Below the pieces are notes generated by a model. The model was not told the DNA's origin, did no database searches, and saw only the letters and a program-made list of their open reading frames with translations. A program made the position numbers and the translations under genes. 64,000 nucleotides of DNA from Pseudolabrys sp. (GTDB lineage: Bacteria > Pseudomonadota > Alphaproteobacteria > Rhizobiales > Xanthobacteraceae): contig DATFXJ010000062.1 of the NCBI GenBank assembly GCA_035315965.1, positions 5,007-69,006 on the forward strand. Direction: 5' to 3'. Numbering within the stretch: the first letter of the stretch is position 1; every line of letters starts with the position of its first letter. Positions 35,613 to 45,410 of the stretch are shown here, piece after piece.

Positions 35613-37130
35613 ATGGAAGCTTTTACTCTGCTTGTTCACGGCTTCGCGGTCCTGCTGACCTGGAAAACGCTTGCCTTGATGATGGTTGGGCTGGTGCTCG
35701 GTATCTTCGTAGGCGTACTGCCGGGCTTGGGTGGGCCGAATGGCGTCGCGATCCTGCTGCCGCTCACGTTCACAATGGACCCGACTTCGGCGATCGTAAT
35801 GCTGTCTTGTATCTATTGGGGCGCACTGTTCGGCGGCGCCATCACTTCTATTTTGTTCAATATTCCCGGCGAGGCCTGGTCCGTGGCGACGACGTTCGAC
35901 GGCTATCCGATGGCCCAGCAGGGACGAGCGGCGGAAGCTCTCACTGCCGCCTTTACGTCTTCATTTATCGGCTCGCTGTTCGCGGTGCTTCTCATTACCT
36001 TTTTGGCGCCCGGCATTGCCTCATTCGCGCTGCGGTTCGGGCCACCTGAATTCTTTGCGGTCTATTTGCTCACCTTCTGCTCGTTCGTAGGCTTGGGCCG
36101 CGAGGCCAAGCACAAAACGATCATTTCGATGGCGCTCGGCCTGCTGCTCGCCGGCGTCGGAATGGATACCGTATCAGGTCAACTGCGCATGACCTTCGGC
36201 TTCAGCGATTTGTTGCGCGGCATCAACTTCCTGGTTGCGGTCATCGGTTTGTTCGGTATCAGCGAAATCCTGCTCACCATGGAGGAGCGGCTGGCGCTTC
36301 GTGGCCATACAGCGCGCATCAGCCTGCGCGTGCTGTGGAATGTGTGGAAGGATCTGCCCCGCTACTGGATAACGCTACTGCGGTCTTCGGCAATCGGCGC
36401 CTGGCTTGGTATCACGCCTGGCGGTGCGATCGCGGCCTCGTTCATGGGCTACAACCTCGCCAAGCGTTTCTCAAGGAACCCGGAAGATTTTGGCTACGGG
36501 CGCATAGAAGGGGTATTCGCGCCGGAAACCGCGGCGCATGCATCGGGCACCGCTGCCCTGCTGCCGATGCTGGCGCTGGGAATTCCCGGTTCGGGTACGG
36601 CCGCCATACTCCTCGGCGGGCTGATGGTCTGGGGTCTCAATCCCGGACCGCTGCTGTTCGTTGAGCACAAGGATTTCGTCTGGGGTCTGATCGCCTCGAT
36701 GTATCTCGGCAATATCGTCGGACTGGTCATGGTACTCACCACCGTGCCGGCATTCGCCGCGGTGCTCCGCGTGCCATTCGCTGCGATCGCGCCGATGATC
36801 GTAGTGTCCTGCGCGATCGGCGCCTACGCCATTCAAAATGCCATGTTCGACATCTGGCTCATGCTGTTATTCGGCGTGGTTGGCTATGTGTTCAAAAAGA
36901 TCGAGATTCCTCTGGCGCCATTCACCCTCGCGCTCGTACTGGGCAGCCGGGCGGAAGACGCTTTTCGCCTGGCGATGATCGGCGCCGGCGGCGATCTGCG
37001 CGTATTCTGGTCGAACGGCCTTGTCGGCTCGATCACTTCGCTGGCGTTTATCCTGCTGTTCTGGCCTCTGATCGGGAAACTCGTTGGGCGCATCGGCGAG
37101 CTTGTGCAGTTGCGCAAGCCGATAACCTGA
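35613..37130 (+). CDS. tctA: TTT large membrane subunit TctA
   Basis: GVLPGLGG, NIPGE, TTFDGYPM and ALGIPGS motifs. Start ATG 35613. Confidence 0.92.
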   Translation: MEAFTLLVHGFAVLLTWKTLALMMVGLVLGIFVGVLPGLGGPNGVAILLPLTFTMDPTSAIVMLSCIYWGALFGGAITSILFNIPGEAWSVATTFDGYPMAQQGRAAEALTAAFTSSFIGSLFAVLLITFLAPGIASFALRFGPPEFFAVYLLTFCSFVGLGREAKHKTIISMALGLLLAGVGMDTVSGQLRMTFGFSDLLRGINFLVAVIGLFGISEILLTMEERLALRGHTARISLRVLWNVWKDLPRYWITLLRSSAIGAWLGITPGGAIAASFMGYNLAKRFSRNPEDFGYGRIEGVFAPETAAHASGTAALLPMLALGIPGSGTAAILLGGLMVWGLNPGPLLFVEHKDFVWGLIASMYLGNIVGLVMVLTTVPAFAAVLRVPFAAIAPMIVVSCAIGAYAIQNAMFDIWLMLLFGVVGYVFKKIEIPLAPFTLALVLGSRAEDAFRLAMIGAGGDLRVFWSNGLVGSITSLAFILLFWPLIGKLVGRIGELVQLRKPIT

Positions 37131-37140
37131 TCTGCCAAAT

Positions 37141-40100
37141 CTATTGCGCCGGTCCGGGTTCGACGGCGCGGCTGCGGCGTGTCGCCGCCGTCTTTTGCAC
37201 GGCTGGTATCGCCAGGCGCGCAAAGGTCGGGATCACAAGCAGGCTGCATATCGGCGACAGCAGCATGCCGCCGACAATGACGCAGGCAAGCGGTTGTTGC
37301 ACCTGCGAACCGATGCCGGTTGATATCGCCGCCGGTACGAGACCGATACATGCGGAAAGACCGGTCATGAAAATCTGTCGCATGCGGGTTTGCGCCGCAT
37401 TAATGATGGCCTCTTCCTTGCCGAGCCCCTCGTCCAGCCGGCGACGTATGTATGAGACCAGCAGGATGCCATCCATAGCCGAAACTCCAAACAGCGAGAT
37501 AAATCCGACAGCGGCCGACACACTGGCGTTCAAGCCGAAAAAGTATAGTCCGAGAATTCCGCCGCACGCCGCGAATGGAATGCCGGCCAGAGCCAATAGG
37601 CTGTCGCGCACCGAATTGAACAGGCTGTAGAGCAGCATCAAGATAAGCAACAGGCTCAACGGGATGATGATTGCGAGGCGTTTCTTGGCTTCAACCAAGG
37701 CGCCGAATTCCCCAGACCATTCCAGCGAATACCCATCCTTGAGATCGACGTTTTTTTTGATGCGCGCCTGCGCTTCGGCTACCGTGGAGCCGAGATCACG
37801 GCCGCGCACACTATATTTGATCGGTACAAAGCGTTGGGTGTTCTGTCGGTAGATATAGGCGGCTCCGGTCTCGAGCCGCACCTTGGCGACGTCGCCGAGC
37901 GCAATATAAACAGTCGGCGATTTCGGATCGGAGTTTGGCAAAGCCACAGGCACCGAACGGATAGCATCGATATTGTCACGGTACTGCGGCGCCAGCCGTA
38001 CCGTGAAGGGGAAGTTCATTTCGCCCTCGAAGACTCGAGTTGCTTCCTGGCCGCCGATCGCTGCGTGCACCACCGTGTTCATGTCGTTAACGGTGATGCC
38101 GTAACGCGCGGCCTTGGCGCGATCCGCTTCGATCACCAGGTTGGGCTGGCCAAGCAGATTGAACGCGCCCGGATCGTTGACACCCGGTACTTTCGCCAGT
38201 TCCGCCTTGACCGCCTTCGACAGTCGCTCGAGCTCGGCCAGGTCGGGGCCGAATATCTTGACGGAGTTTTCACCCTTAACGCCGGAAACCGCTTCCTCGA
38301 TATTATCCTGAATGTATTGCGAAAAATTGAGGTCGAGGCCGATAAACTCGTTCCCGAGTCTCTCGGACAGCTCCTTCACCAGTTTCGGTTTGGTGAGGCC
38401 ATTTGGCCATTCCTCGAAAGGCCTGAGCGGCACAAAGAATTCCGCAACGAAGGAGCCATCAGGGTCAGTTGCATCTTCGCCGCGCCCTTGCTCGGACACT
38501 ACTGTCTTGACCGGGGGATAGCTGGCGATCACCTGACGAATCTTGTCAACGGTCTCGCGTCCGGCATCCAGCGTGATCGTGGGGGGAAGCAGGGCGCGGA
38601 TCCAGAGATTGCCTTCTTCCAGTTTTGGAAGAAATTCGGTGCCGAGCCGCATGCCAAGCGTGCCACAGATCACTAGGAAAGCGACTGCGATCATCGCGGC
38701 CAGCCGCGCGTTGCGCACCGCGAGGACCAGCAAACGCTGATAGACACTGCGGATGCCGCGCACGAGAATCGTCTCTACCTCATTGACCTTATCCGGCAAC
38801 AGTAGCGACGCCATCACTGGCGTCACCGTGAACGTCGCGAACACCGCACCGAGCAGCGCATAGGCATAAGTGCGCGACATTGGACCGAAGATCTGTCCTT
38901 CGACGCCCTGCATCGTGAAAAGTGGAAGGAAGGCGGCGATTGTAATAATCACCGAGAAGAAGATCGCCTTGTCCACTTCGACGGCGGCGGCAAGGATCCG
39001 TTGCAGTTTTTCTGCGAGCCTGCTCTCGCGGTCGGCGAACGCGCGATGCGTATGATGGGCGAGATGGCGGAAAATGTTCTCCACCATGATCACGGTACCG
39101 TCGACGATGATACCAAGGTCGATCGCGCCGACCGACAGTAGATTGGCGGAATCTCCTCGCAGCACCGTGATTATAACGGCCGTAAACAGGGCCACCGGGA
39201 TAGTCGCGGACACGATCAGCGCACAGCGCAAATTGCCAAGAAAAATCCACTGAATAAGAAATATAAGGACGATGCCAAACAGCATATTGTGCAATACCGT
39301 CCGCACCGTGATGCCAACCAGATCTCCGCGATCATAGAATGGTTCGATCCTGACGCCGTGTGGCAGGCTGCCGTCGCTATTAATACGCGCGATCGCTGCT
39401 CGCACGCGCGTGACCACGTCCATCGTGCGCTCGAGCTTTTGCATCAGGACAATGCCGAATATGATGTCGTCCTGATCGTCGCGGCCAGCAATGCCAAGGC
39501 GCGGTGTGAATCCGATCTGATTACGTGACACATCCTTCAATACGACTGGCAATCCGCCCTGTTGGCTCAGGACGATATTGTCGATATCGGTCAGCGAGCC
39601 GAGCGTACCCACACCGCGAATATTCACCGACTGCTCGCCTAACGCGATTGTGCGGCCGCCGACATTGGCGTTGTTCGTTGAGATAGCATTGATGATCTGG
39701 GGCAATGTGAGGCCAAAGGCCCGCATGCGGTCGAGATCAATCTCTGCTTGATATTCCTTGGTTTTACCGCCTAATACCACAACATCGGCCACACCCGGCA
39801 CGATGCGCAATTTTCGCTCGACCACCCAGTCCTGGATGGTCTTGAGCTGGATCAGGTCCATCCCGGATGGACCCTTAAGCTGATAGCGCAGAATCTCACT
39901 GATGCCGCCGGCGGGAGAAATCACCGGAGTTACCGCCGTTGGCAGCGTCGCATCTTTCAGCCGGTTGGTGACCTGCTGACGCACAAAGTTATAGTCGCGG
40001 CCGTACTCAAATTGCAGGCGAATGAACCCAAGGGCGAACACCGTGTTTGAACGGATGTAGGTAAGTCCCGGCGTGCTCGCGACTGCGATCTCAAGCGGGA

Positions 40101-40299
40101 TGGTGACGTAACGTTCAACTTCCTCGGGCGACTGGCCGGGATATTGGGCGATGATCTCAATAATCGGCGGCGCCGGGTCGGGGTAGGCCTCGACATTGAG
40201 CGTCCTAAATGCCGCGTAACCGGCGGCGATAAACATCACAAAGCCGACCAGCGCTAGCGGTCGCCGTGACAGACCGAACGAAATCAGACCACGCAACAT
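37141..40299 (-). CDS. Heavy-metal efflux RND permease, CzcA-type
   Basis: EAYPD N-terminal motif, TM4 DLGIIVDGTVIMVEN (acidic pattern of divalent-cation HME pumps), FLPKLEEG and QQPLA motifs; 1052 aa. Confidence 0.92.
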   Translation of the reverse strand: MLRGLISFGLSRRPLALVGFVMFIAAGYAAFRTLNVEAYPDPAPPIIEIIAQYPGQSPEEVERYVTIPLEIAVASTPGLTYIRSNTVFALGFIRLQFEYGRDYNFVRQQVTNRLKDATLPTAVTPVISPAGGISEILRYQLKGPSGMDLIQLKTIQDWVVERKLRIVPGVADVVVLGGKTKEYQAEIDLDRMRAFGLTLPQIINAISTNNANVGGRTIALGEQSVNIRGVGTLGSLTDIDNIVLSQQGGLPVVLKDVSRNQIGFTPRLGIAGRDDQDDIIFGIVLMQKLERTMDVVTRVRAAIARINSDGSLPHGVRIEPFYDRGDLVGITVRTVLHNMLFGIVLIFLIQWIFLGNLRCALIVSATIPVALFTAVIITVLRGDSANLLSVGAIDLGIIVDGTVIMVENIFRHLAHHTHRAFADRESRLAEKLQRILAAAVEVDKAIFFSVIITIAAFLPLFTMQGVEGQIFGPMSRTYAYALLGAVFATFTVTPVMASLLLPDKVNEVETILVRGIRSVYQRLLVLAVRNARLAAMIAVAFLVICGTLGMRLGTEFLPKLEEGNLWIRALLPPTITLDAGRETVDKIRQVIASYPPVKTVVSEQGRGEDATDPDGSFVAEFFVPLRPFEEWPNGLTKPKLVKELSERLGNEFIGLDLNFSQYIQDNIEEAVSGVKGENSVKIFGPDLAELERLSKAVKAELAKVPGVNDPGAFNLLGQPNLVIEADRAKAARYGITVNDMNTVVHAAIGGQEATRVFEGEMNFPFTVRLAPQYRDNIDAIRSVPVALPNSDPKSPTVYIALGDVAKVRLETGAAYIYRQNTQRFVPIKYSVRGRDLGSTVAEAQARIKKNVDLKDGYSLEWSGEFGALVEAKKRLAIIIPLSLLLILMLLYSLFNSVRDSLLALAGIPFAACGGILGLYFFGLNASVSAAVGFISLFGVSAMDGILLVSYIRRRLDEGLGKEEAIINAAQTRMRQIFMTGLSACIGLVPAAISTGIGSQVQQPLACVIVGGMLLSPICSLLVIPTFARLAIPAVQKTAATRRSRAVEPGPAQ

Positions 40300-40306
40300 G
40301 GATAGA

Positions 40307-41584
40307 TCAGCTTCCGGCGGCGGCGCGATCGACGAACAGGCTACCCTTGCTCACGACGCTTTCACCGCGATGCAAGCCCTCGATGATTTCGATCATCTGT
40401 CCATTGGAAAGTCCGGTCTTGACGTCGCGACGTTCGACCGATTGGTCTTCGCGAGCAAGCCAGACATGAGCAGTCTTGCCGTCGTAGATGATTGCCTCGC
40501 GTGGCACCGCGAGTGAGCTGTCTCCTTCGCCGGTAAGAATGGTAACGTTCGCAAACATTTCAGGCCGCAGGAGCTGCTGCGAATTGTCAATTGTCGCGCG
40601 CACCAGCAGCCGGCGTGTCCCTGTATCGAGCGAAGTCGCGACATACGAGATGTTCGCGGGGAACACCCGATTAGGATAGGCAAGAACGGTGAAGTGCACT
40701 GCTTGCCCGACTTTAACGTTTGGCGCTTCAGATTCGCGGACATAAGCCACGAGCCAAACCGTGGACAGATCGCCGATGATGAAAGACGGATCACTGGCAC
40801 TCGTATTTTGCGAAGACGTGTTGATATATTGACCAGGGCCTACCTTGCGCTGGATCACCGTGCCGGCGATCGGCGCATAAATAGTCATGTGCGAACTTAC
40901 CGCGCCAGTATCGCTGAATTTTGTTATATCATCGTCGGTCATGCCGAGAATGCGCAGGCGGTTCCGCGCCGCTTCGAGTAACGTCTGGGCCGCGCGCACA
41001 TCATTATCAGCTGCGCGGGTGGTCGCCTGCGCCTGCTGCAGGTCACGTAACGATCCGGCGCGAGAGTCAAACAGCGTCTTGTTCTGCTGCTCGACAATCT
41101 TGGCAAGCTCAAGTGCCGATCGAGCTTTGTTCAATGCGGAAATAGCGTTGATGAAATCGTTTTGCGCCTGCACCATATCCGGCGCTTCGACGATGAAAAG
41201 CGGCTGCCCCGCTTTCACAGCGTCGCCGGGCTTGGCGAGCAGCTTGATTACTCGACCGGAGTAGGGCGAGAACACAAGCGTAGAGCGGTCTTCGTCGACC
41301 GCTATCTTGCCTTCGGTCATGTGTTCGGACCGAAACACGACTTCACTGACCGGCGCCATGGTCAGCGCTTCCCATTGTTTCGGTGTGGGATAGTAGAGCG
41401 CGCCAACGCGACGACCTTGAGCCGTGGCTTCTTGCTGGCCGTCTGCGCTGGGAGCGCGTGTATTCGCGGCCACCGCAAGCCAGGTACAAACGATTAATAC
41501 GACCGCAGCGATCACGCCGTTGCGGGCATTGATCACCGGTTGCAACTTGAGCTGCCCTACGATCGACCCGACAATACGATCCAA
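40307..41584 (-). CDS. RND efflux membrane fusion protein (CzcB/CusB-like)
   Basis: SPYSGRV, APIAGTVIQRKV and LRPEMFA motifs. Probable TTG start at 41584 behind an AGGGGA RBS. Confidence 0.88.
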   Translation of the reverse strand: MDRIVGSIVGQLKLQPVINARNGVIAAVVLIVCTWLAVAANTRAPSADGQQEATAQGRRVGALYYPTPKQWEALTMAPVSEVVFRSEHMTEGKIAVDEDRSTLVFSPYSGRVIKLLAKPGDAVKAGQPLFIVEAPDMVQAQNDFINAISALNKARSALELAKIVEQQNKTLFDSRAGSLRDLQQAQATTRAADNDVRAAQTLLEAARNRLRILGMTDDDITKFSDTGAVSSHMTIYAPIAGTVIQRKVGPGQYINTSSQNTSASDPSFIIGDLSTVWLVAYVRESEAPNVKVGQAVHFTVLAYPNRVFPANISYVATSLDTGTRRLLVRATIDNSQQLLRPEMFANVTILTGEGDSSLAVPREAIIYDGKTAHVWLAREDQSVERRDVKTGLSNGQMIEIIEGLHRGESVVSKGSLFVDRAAAGS

Positions 41585-41893
41585 GGCTTCCCCTTTCGAT
41601 AATCCTCCCAAATAATCAGCCTTATACCTCAGGCAACTGACAGCGGTGTTACCGCGGCATAAACATTTCAAGCCGTCGAAAGAACCCGTGGAAAATTGGT
41701 CAACGCCGGTTCGACCCGAAAGCCAGCGCCGTCGCTAGGTATCTGATCCTACAATCCCTTGTTAAGAATCATTTGCAACTGGAATTTTCGTGGATATGGT
41801 TGCTATTGGAATGCCGTCATACAGGCAAACAACTCGCCGGGGCATAAGCTGACCATCGCAGCAAAGAATATCGAGTGTTTGTAGCTTCATCCG

Positions 41894-42375
41894 ATGAAGA
41901 AATATCTCTTCCCGCTCATTGGCATTTTGATTTTTGGGTCCGAGCACTCGATCCAATGCCTACGCAGGCGCAGACGGGCCCTTATGATTGGCGGGGTTTC
42001 TATTGGGGGGTCATGTCGGTTACGGCCATGCAAATGAAGACATTTCTGTTCACGATCCTGGCCCGATAAACGCAAGTCCTACGTTAGGCAGTCTCTTTGG
42101 CGGTCTCCAATTCGGATACAACTACGTATTTCCTTCGCGCATTCTGATTGGGGGTGAAGCCGACATTACGTTCCCCAACGCTTATCCATCGGATGCCGAA
42201 GTATGGCGAGGGACGACACCAAGCATTCTCGCCGAACAGCTCGACTACATCGCTACGCTTCGCGCTCGCTTTGGCTACGCATTCGACAGGACGCTGCTCT
42301 ACGCGACCGGCGGATTCGCCGTATCGAGTGGTCATTTCGTCCGGACCGATCCGGCATCGGGCAGCGATGAGGTCC
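41894..42375 (+). pseudogene. Outer-membrane beta-barrel/porin N-terminal remnant (possibly MnoP-like), two frameshifts, truncated
   Basis: Signal peptide MKKYLFPLIGILIFG, then PYDWRGFY, then LGGHVGYG...FGGLQFGYNY...IGGEAD...LRARFGYAFDRTLLYATGG, each in a different frame. Confidence 0.7.
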
Positions 42376-42474
42376 ACGGCCGCGATTTGGATAGGTCGCG
42401 CCGGTGGCCGAAAAGGGTCAATGCGGTCTGCCGACGGGTTGCTCGGCGGGGCCGGCCAGTGACAAAGTGTCTAA

Positions 42475-43470
42475 ATGACGAGGTTCGTCCCGATTTTATT
42501 GAGTTTTACCGCCGCCCTCGCGGCGGCGCAGGCGCAGGCACTCGATCGGGTCCGCTTCGGCACCAATTGGGTGGCCCAGGCCGAGCAGGGCGGCTTCTAC
42601 CAGGCGCTCGCCGACGGCACCTACAAGAAATATGGACTTGATGTGGTCATCGTGCCGGGTGGGCCGAACACGAACAATCGGATGCTGCTTCCGGTCGGCC
42701 GGCTCGACTTCTACATGAGCGCCAATTCGCTGCAGTCATTTGACGCTGTTGAAAATAACATTCCGACCGTCGTGGTGGCGGCGAGCTTCCAGAAAGATCC
42801 GCAGGTATTCGTCGCGCATCCCGACGTGACGACGCTCGCGGACCTGAAGATGCGCACGTTATTCATCTCCAAGGAAGGCATGGCCACTTATTTCCAGTGG
42901 CTCAAATCCGAACTCGGTTTCAATGAATCAAAGGTGAAGCCCTACACATTCAATGCCCAGCCTTTCCTTGCCGATAGGAACTCTGCGATGCAGGGCTATG
43001 TAACTTCAGAACCCTTCGCGATCGAGCATCAGGGCGGCTTCAAGCCGGTTGTGCTCGTACTCGCCGACTACGGATTTGATGCGTACTCGACTCTGATCGA
43101 GACGCGCCGCGATATGGTCGAGAAGCAGCCCGACATTGTGCAACGCTTCGTCGACGCGTCAGCAATCGGTTGGTACAACTACATTTACGGCGACAGCCGG
43201 CCGGGAAATGATCTGATCAAGACGCTTAATCCGGAAATGACGGACGCGCTGCTGGCATATTCCATCGCTAAGATGAAAGAATATGGCATCGTTGATTCTG
43301 GCGACTCGCTGAAGCTCGGCATTGGAGCCATGACTGACGTCCGCTGGAAGAGCTTCTTCGAAAAAATGATGCGCGCAGGCGTGGTCAAGGCCGGCACCGA
43401 TTACAAGCGGGCTTATACGCTGCAGTTCATCAACAAGAAGGTTGGCTTAGACCTTCGACCGAAAAACTGA
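42475..43470 (+). CDS. ABC substrate-binding protein, NMT1/THI5-like
   Basis: Signal peptide, FGTNWVAQAEQGGFYQA and QGYVTSEP motifs. Confidence 0.9.
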   Translation: MTRFVPILLSFTAALAAAQAQALDRVRFGTNWVAQAEQGGFYQALADGTYKKYGLDVVIVPGGPNTNNRMLLPVGRLDFYMSANSLQSFDAVENNIPTVVVAASFQKDPQVFVAHPDVTTLADLKMRTLFISKEGMATYFQWLKSELGFNESKVKPYTFNAQPFLADRNSAMQGYVTSEPFAIEHQGGFKPVVLVLADYGFDAYSTLIETRRDMVEKQPDIVQRFVDASAIGWYNYIYGDSRPGNDLIKTLNPEMTDALLAYSIAKMKEYGIVDSGDSLKLGIGAMTDVRWKSFFEKMMRAGVVKAGTDYKRAYTLQFINKKVGLDLRPKN

Positions 43471-43851
43471 TGATGTCAGCCATTCAGCCGGGACGCGAAT
43501 GCTGTCCGCTCCCCTTGCACCACCAATCAGCCGAACAACAGCATCGCCGCGAATACAGTGAGCGACCCACGGTGCGCCGGTGTCATGTCCAGTATGGACG
43601 AGGCCGAACCGTGAGGATGATGGTACCGAAGATCCGGTGACCTGGATGAGGGCGGCTCAGTTGCGGTCAATTGCGGGGTACAGGTGCAGCGCTCGGTCTC
43701 GCACTCAGTTTCCATACATGGCGCTCACTAGCCAAGGATGGTGGACTGAGCCTCGAAGCCGCTGTGGAGTTTATGGTGCGTGCGATACGCTGTACCGTCG
43801 AAGAACGAAATTGATACCCGACCATCGACGGGTGTTTGACAAGGCGCACCA

Positions 43852-44631
43852 TTGCCGGCCCCGCCACTGAATAACTCACCGAGCACCTCGCGTATCGTCG
43901 CTTTGCGCGGCGTCGAAAAGAATTTCGCTAAAGGCGTGCGCGCGCTCGATCGTTTCGATCTTGACGTGCGCGCGGGCGAATTCGTTTCGCTTCTTGGGCC
44001 TTCGGGGTGCGGCAAGTCAACTGCGCTACGCATCATTGCAGGCCTCAGCGTGCCATCCGCGGGCGCCGTCGAATGGCCGGACGGAGCGGGCCGGATCGGC
44101 TTCGTCTTTCAGGAGCCGACTCTGATGCCCTGGGCCGACGTCACCACCAATGTACGACTGCCGCTCAAGCTCGCGAACAATGATGATATGGTCGCCGTCG
44201 TGCAGGCGCTTGAAAGCGTCGGCCTTGCGAGCTTTGCGCGCAGCTACCCGCGCGAACTGTCCGGCGGCATGAAGATGCGCGTCTCGATCGCGCGCGCTTT
44301 AGTAACTACGCCGCAGCTGCTACTGATGGACGAGCCCTTCGCCGCCCTCGATGAGATCACACGCTTTAAGCTTAACAACGATCTGCTGGCTATATGGCAC
44401 GCGCTGCGGCGTACGGTAATCTTCGTCACCCACTCGGTGTTCGAGTCGGTGTATCTGTCGCAACGCATCGTAGTCATGACACCGCGTCCGGGCCGGGTCT
44501 TTGCTGAAATATTCGTCGACGCATCGTATCCTCGCGACGAGCGTTTCCGAACCTCATCAGAATACGCGGGGTTCTGCCGACAGGCCGCCGAGGCACTTGC
44601 GCAAGCCATGGCAAGTGGAGCTGCGTCGTGA
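43852..44631 (+). CDS. ABC ATPase, NitT/TauT family
   Basis: GPSGCGKS, FQEPTLMPW, LSGGMKMR and MDEPF motifs. Confidence 0.92.
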   Translation: MPAPPLNNSPSTSRIVALRGVEKNFAKGVRALDRFDLDVRAGEFVSLLGPSGCGKSTALRIIAGLSVPSAGAVEWPDGAGRIGFVFQEPTLMPWADVTTNVRLPLKLANNDDMVAVVQALESVGLASFARSYPRELSGGMKMRVSIARALVTTPQLLLMDEPFAALDEITRFKLNNDLLAIWHALRRTVIFVTHSVFESVYLSQRIVVMTPRPGRVFAEIFVDASYPRDERFRTSSEYAGFCRQAAEALAQAMASGAAS

Positions 44632-45410
44632 GTCAGCGCTCCCTTCGGATCTGTCTTCCGATCTTTGCGCTGGCGCTGGTGATACTTTGCTGGGATTTGG
44701 TCGTTCGTAAGTTCGCTATCCCGCCGTTTGTGTTGCCGAGCCCCGGACTGGTGCTGACGACTTTGATCTCAGATGGAGGTCTACTCTGGCACTCGCTGCT
44801 GGTGACCCTCACCCTCACCTTTGAAGGCTTTCTACTGGCTTCGGTCGGCGGGGTGGTACTGGCAGTCGCGTTCAACCAATGGCGCTTGGTGGAATACTCG
44901 CTGTATCCATACGCCGTCATCCTTCAGGTGACGCCGGTCGTGGCCATCGCGCCGCTATTGCTGATTTATCTTCCGCAGCCCTTGGCAGTGCTAGCCTGCG
45001 CATGGATCGTCGCGTTCTTTCCGGTTTTGGCGAACACAACGCTTGGATTGAATTCGGTCGACCATAACCTGCTCGCTCTTTTCGAGCTTTACAAGGCGTC
45101 ACGCTGGCAGGTGCTGTGGAACCTGAAATTACCGTCAGCCCTGCCTCAAATGCTCGCCGGTCTTCGCATTGCCGGGGGCCTGTCGCTAATTGGCGCGGTA
45201 GTCGCCGAAATTGCCGCCGGCTCCGCAGGCGCGGGTTCGGGGCTGGCATACCGCATTGCGGAGTCCGGCTACCGACTCAATATCCCACGTATGTTCGCTG
45301 CGTTGCTCTTATTGTCCCTCGCGGGTGTAGCGATCTTCTTCGCACTGTCGGCCATCTCGCATTTGGTATTGCGCCGGTGGCACGAGAGTGCGATCGAACG
45401 CGAACGCTAG
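44628..45410 (+). CDS. ABC permease, NitT/TauT family
   Basis: LPSPGLV, QVTPVVAIAP and EAA-like region; GTGA overlap with the ATPase stop. Confidence 0.9.
   Translation: MSQRSLRICLPIFALALVILCWDLVVRKFAIPPFVLPSPGLVLTTLISDGGLLWHSLLVTLTLTFEGFLLASVGGVVLAVAFNQWRLVEYSLYPYAVILQVTPVVAIAPLLLIYLPQPLAVLACAWIVAFFPVLANTTLGLNSVDHNLLALFELYKASRWQVLWNLKLPSALPQMLAGLRIAGGLSLIGAVVAEIAAGSAGAGSGLAYRIAESGYRLNIPRMFAALLLLSLAGVAIFFALSAISHLVLRRWHESAIERER

Noticed and set aside
37834-38676. 280-aa plus-strand ORF inside the RND gene
   Set aside because: Antisense shadow with no motifs; the RND frame is fully supported.
41803-41818. Sigma54-like element on the minus strand upstream of the MFP gene
   Set aside because: GG-N10-GC spacing is present, but both boxes deviate (CGGCAT, TAGC) and it is over 200 nt from the start.
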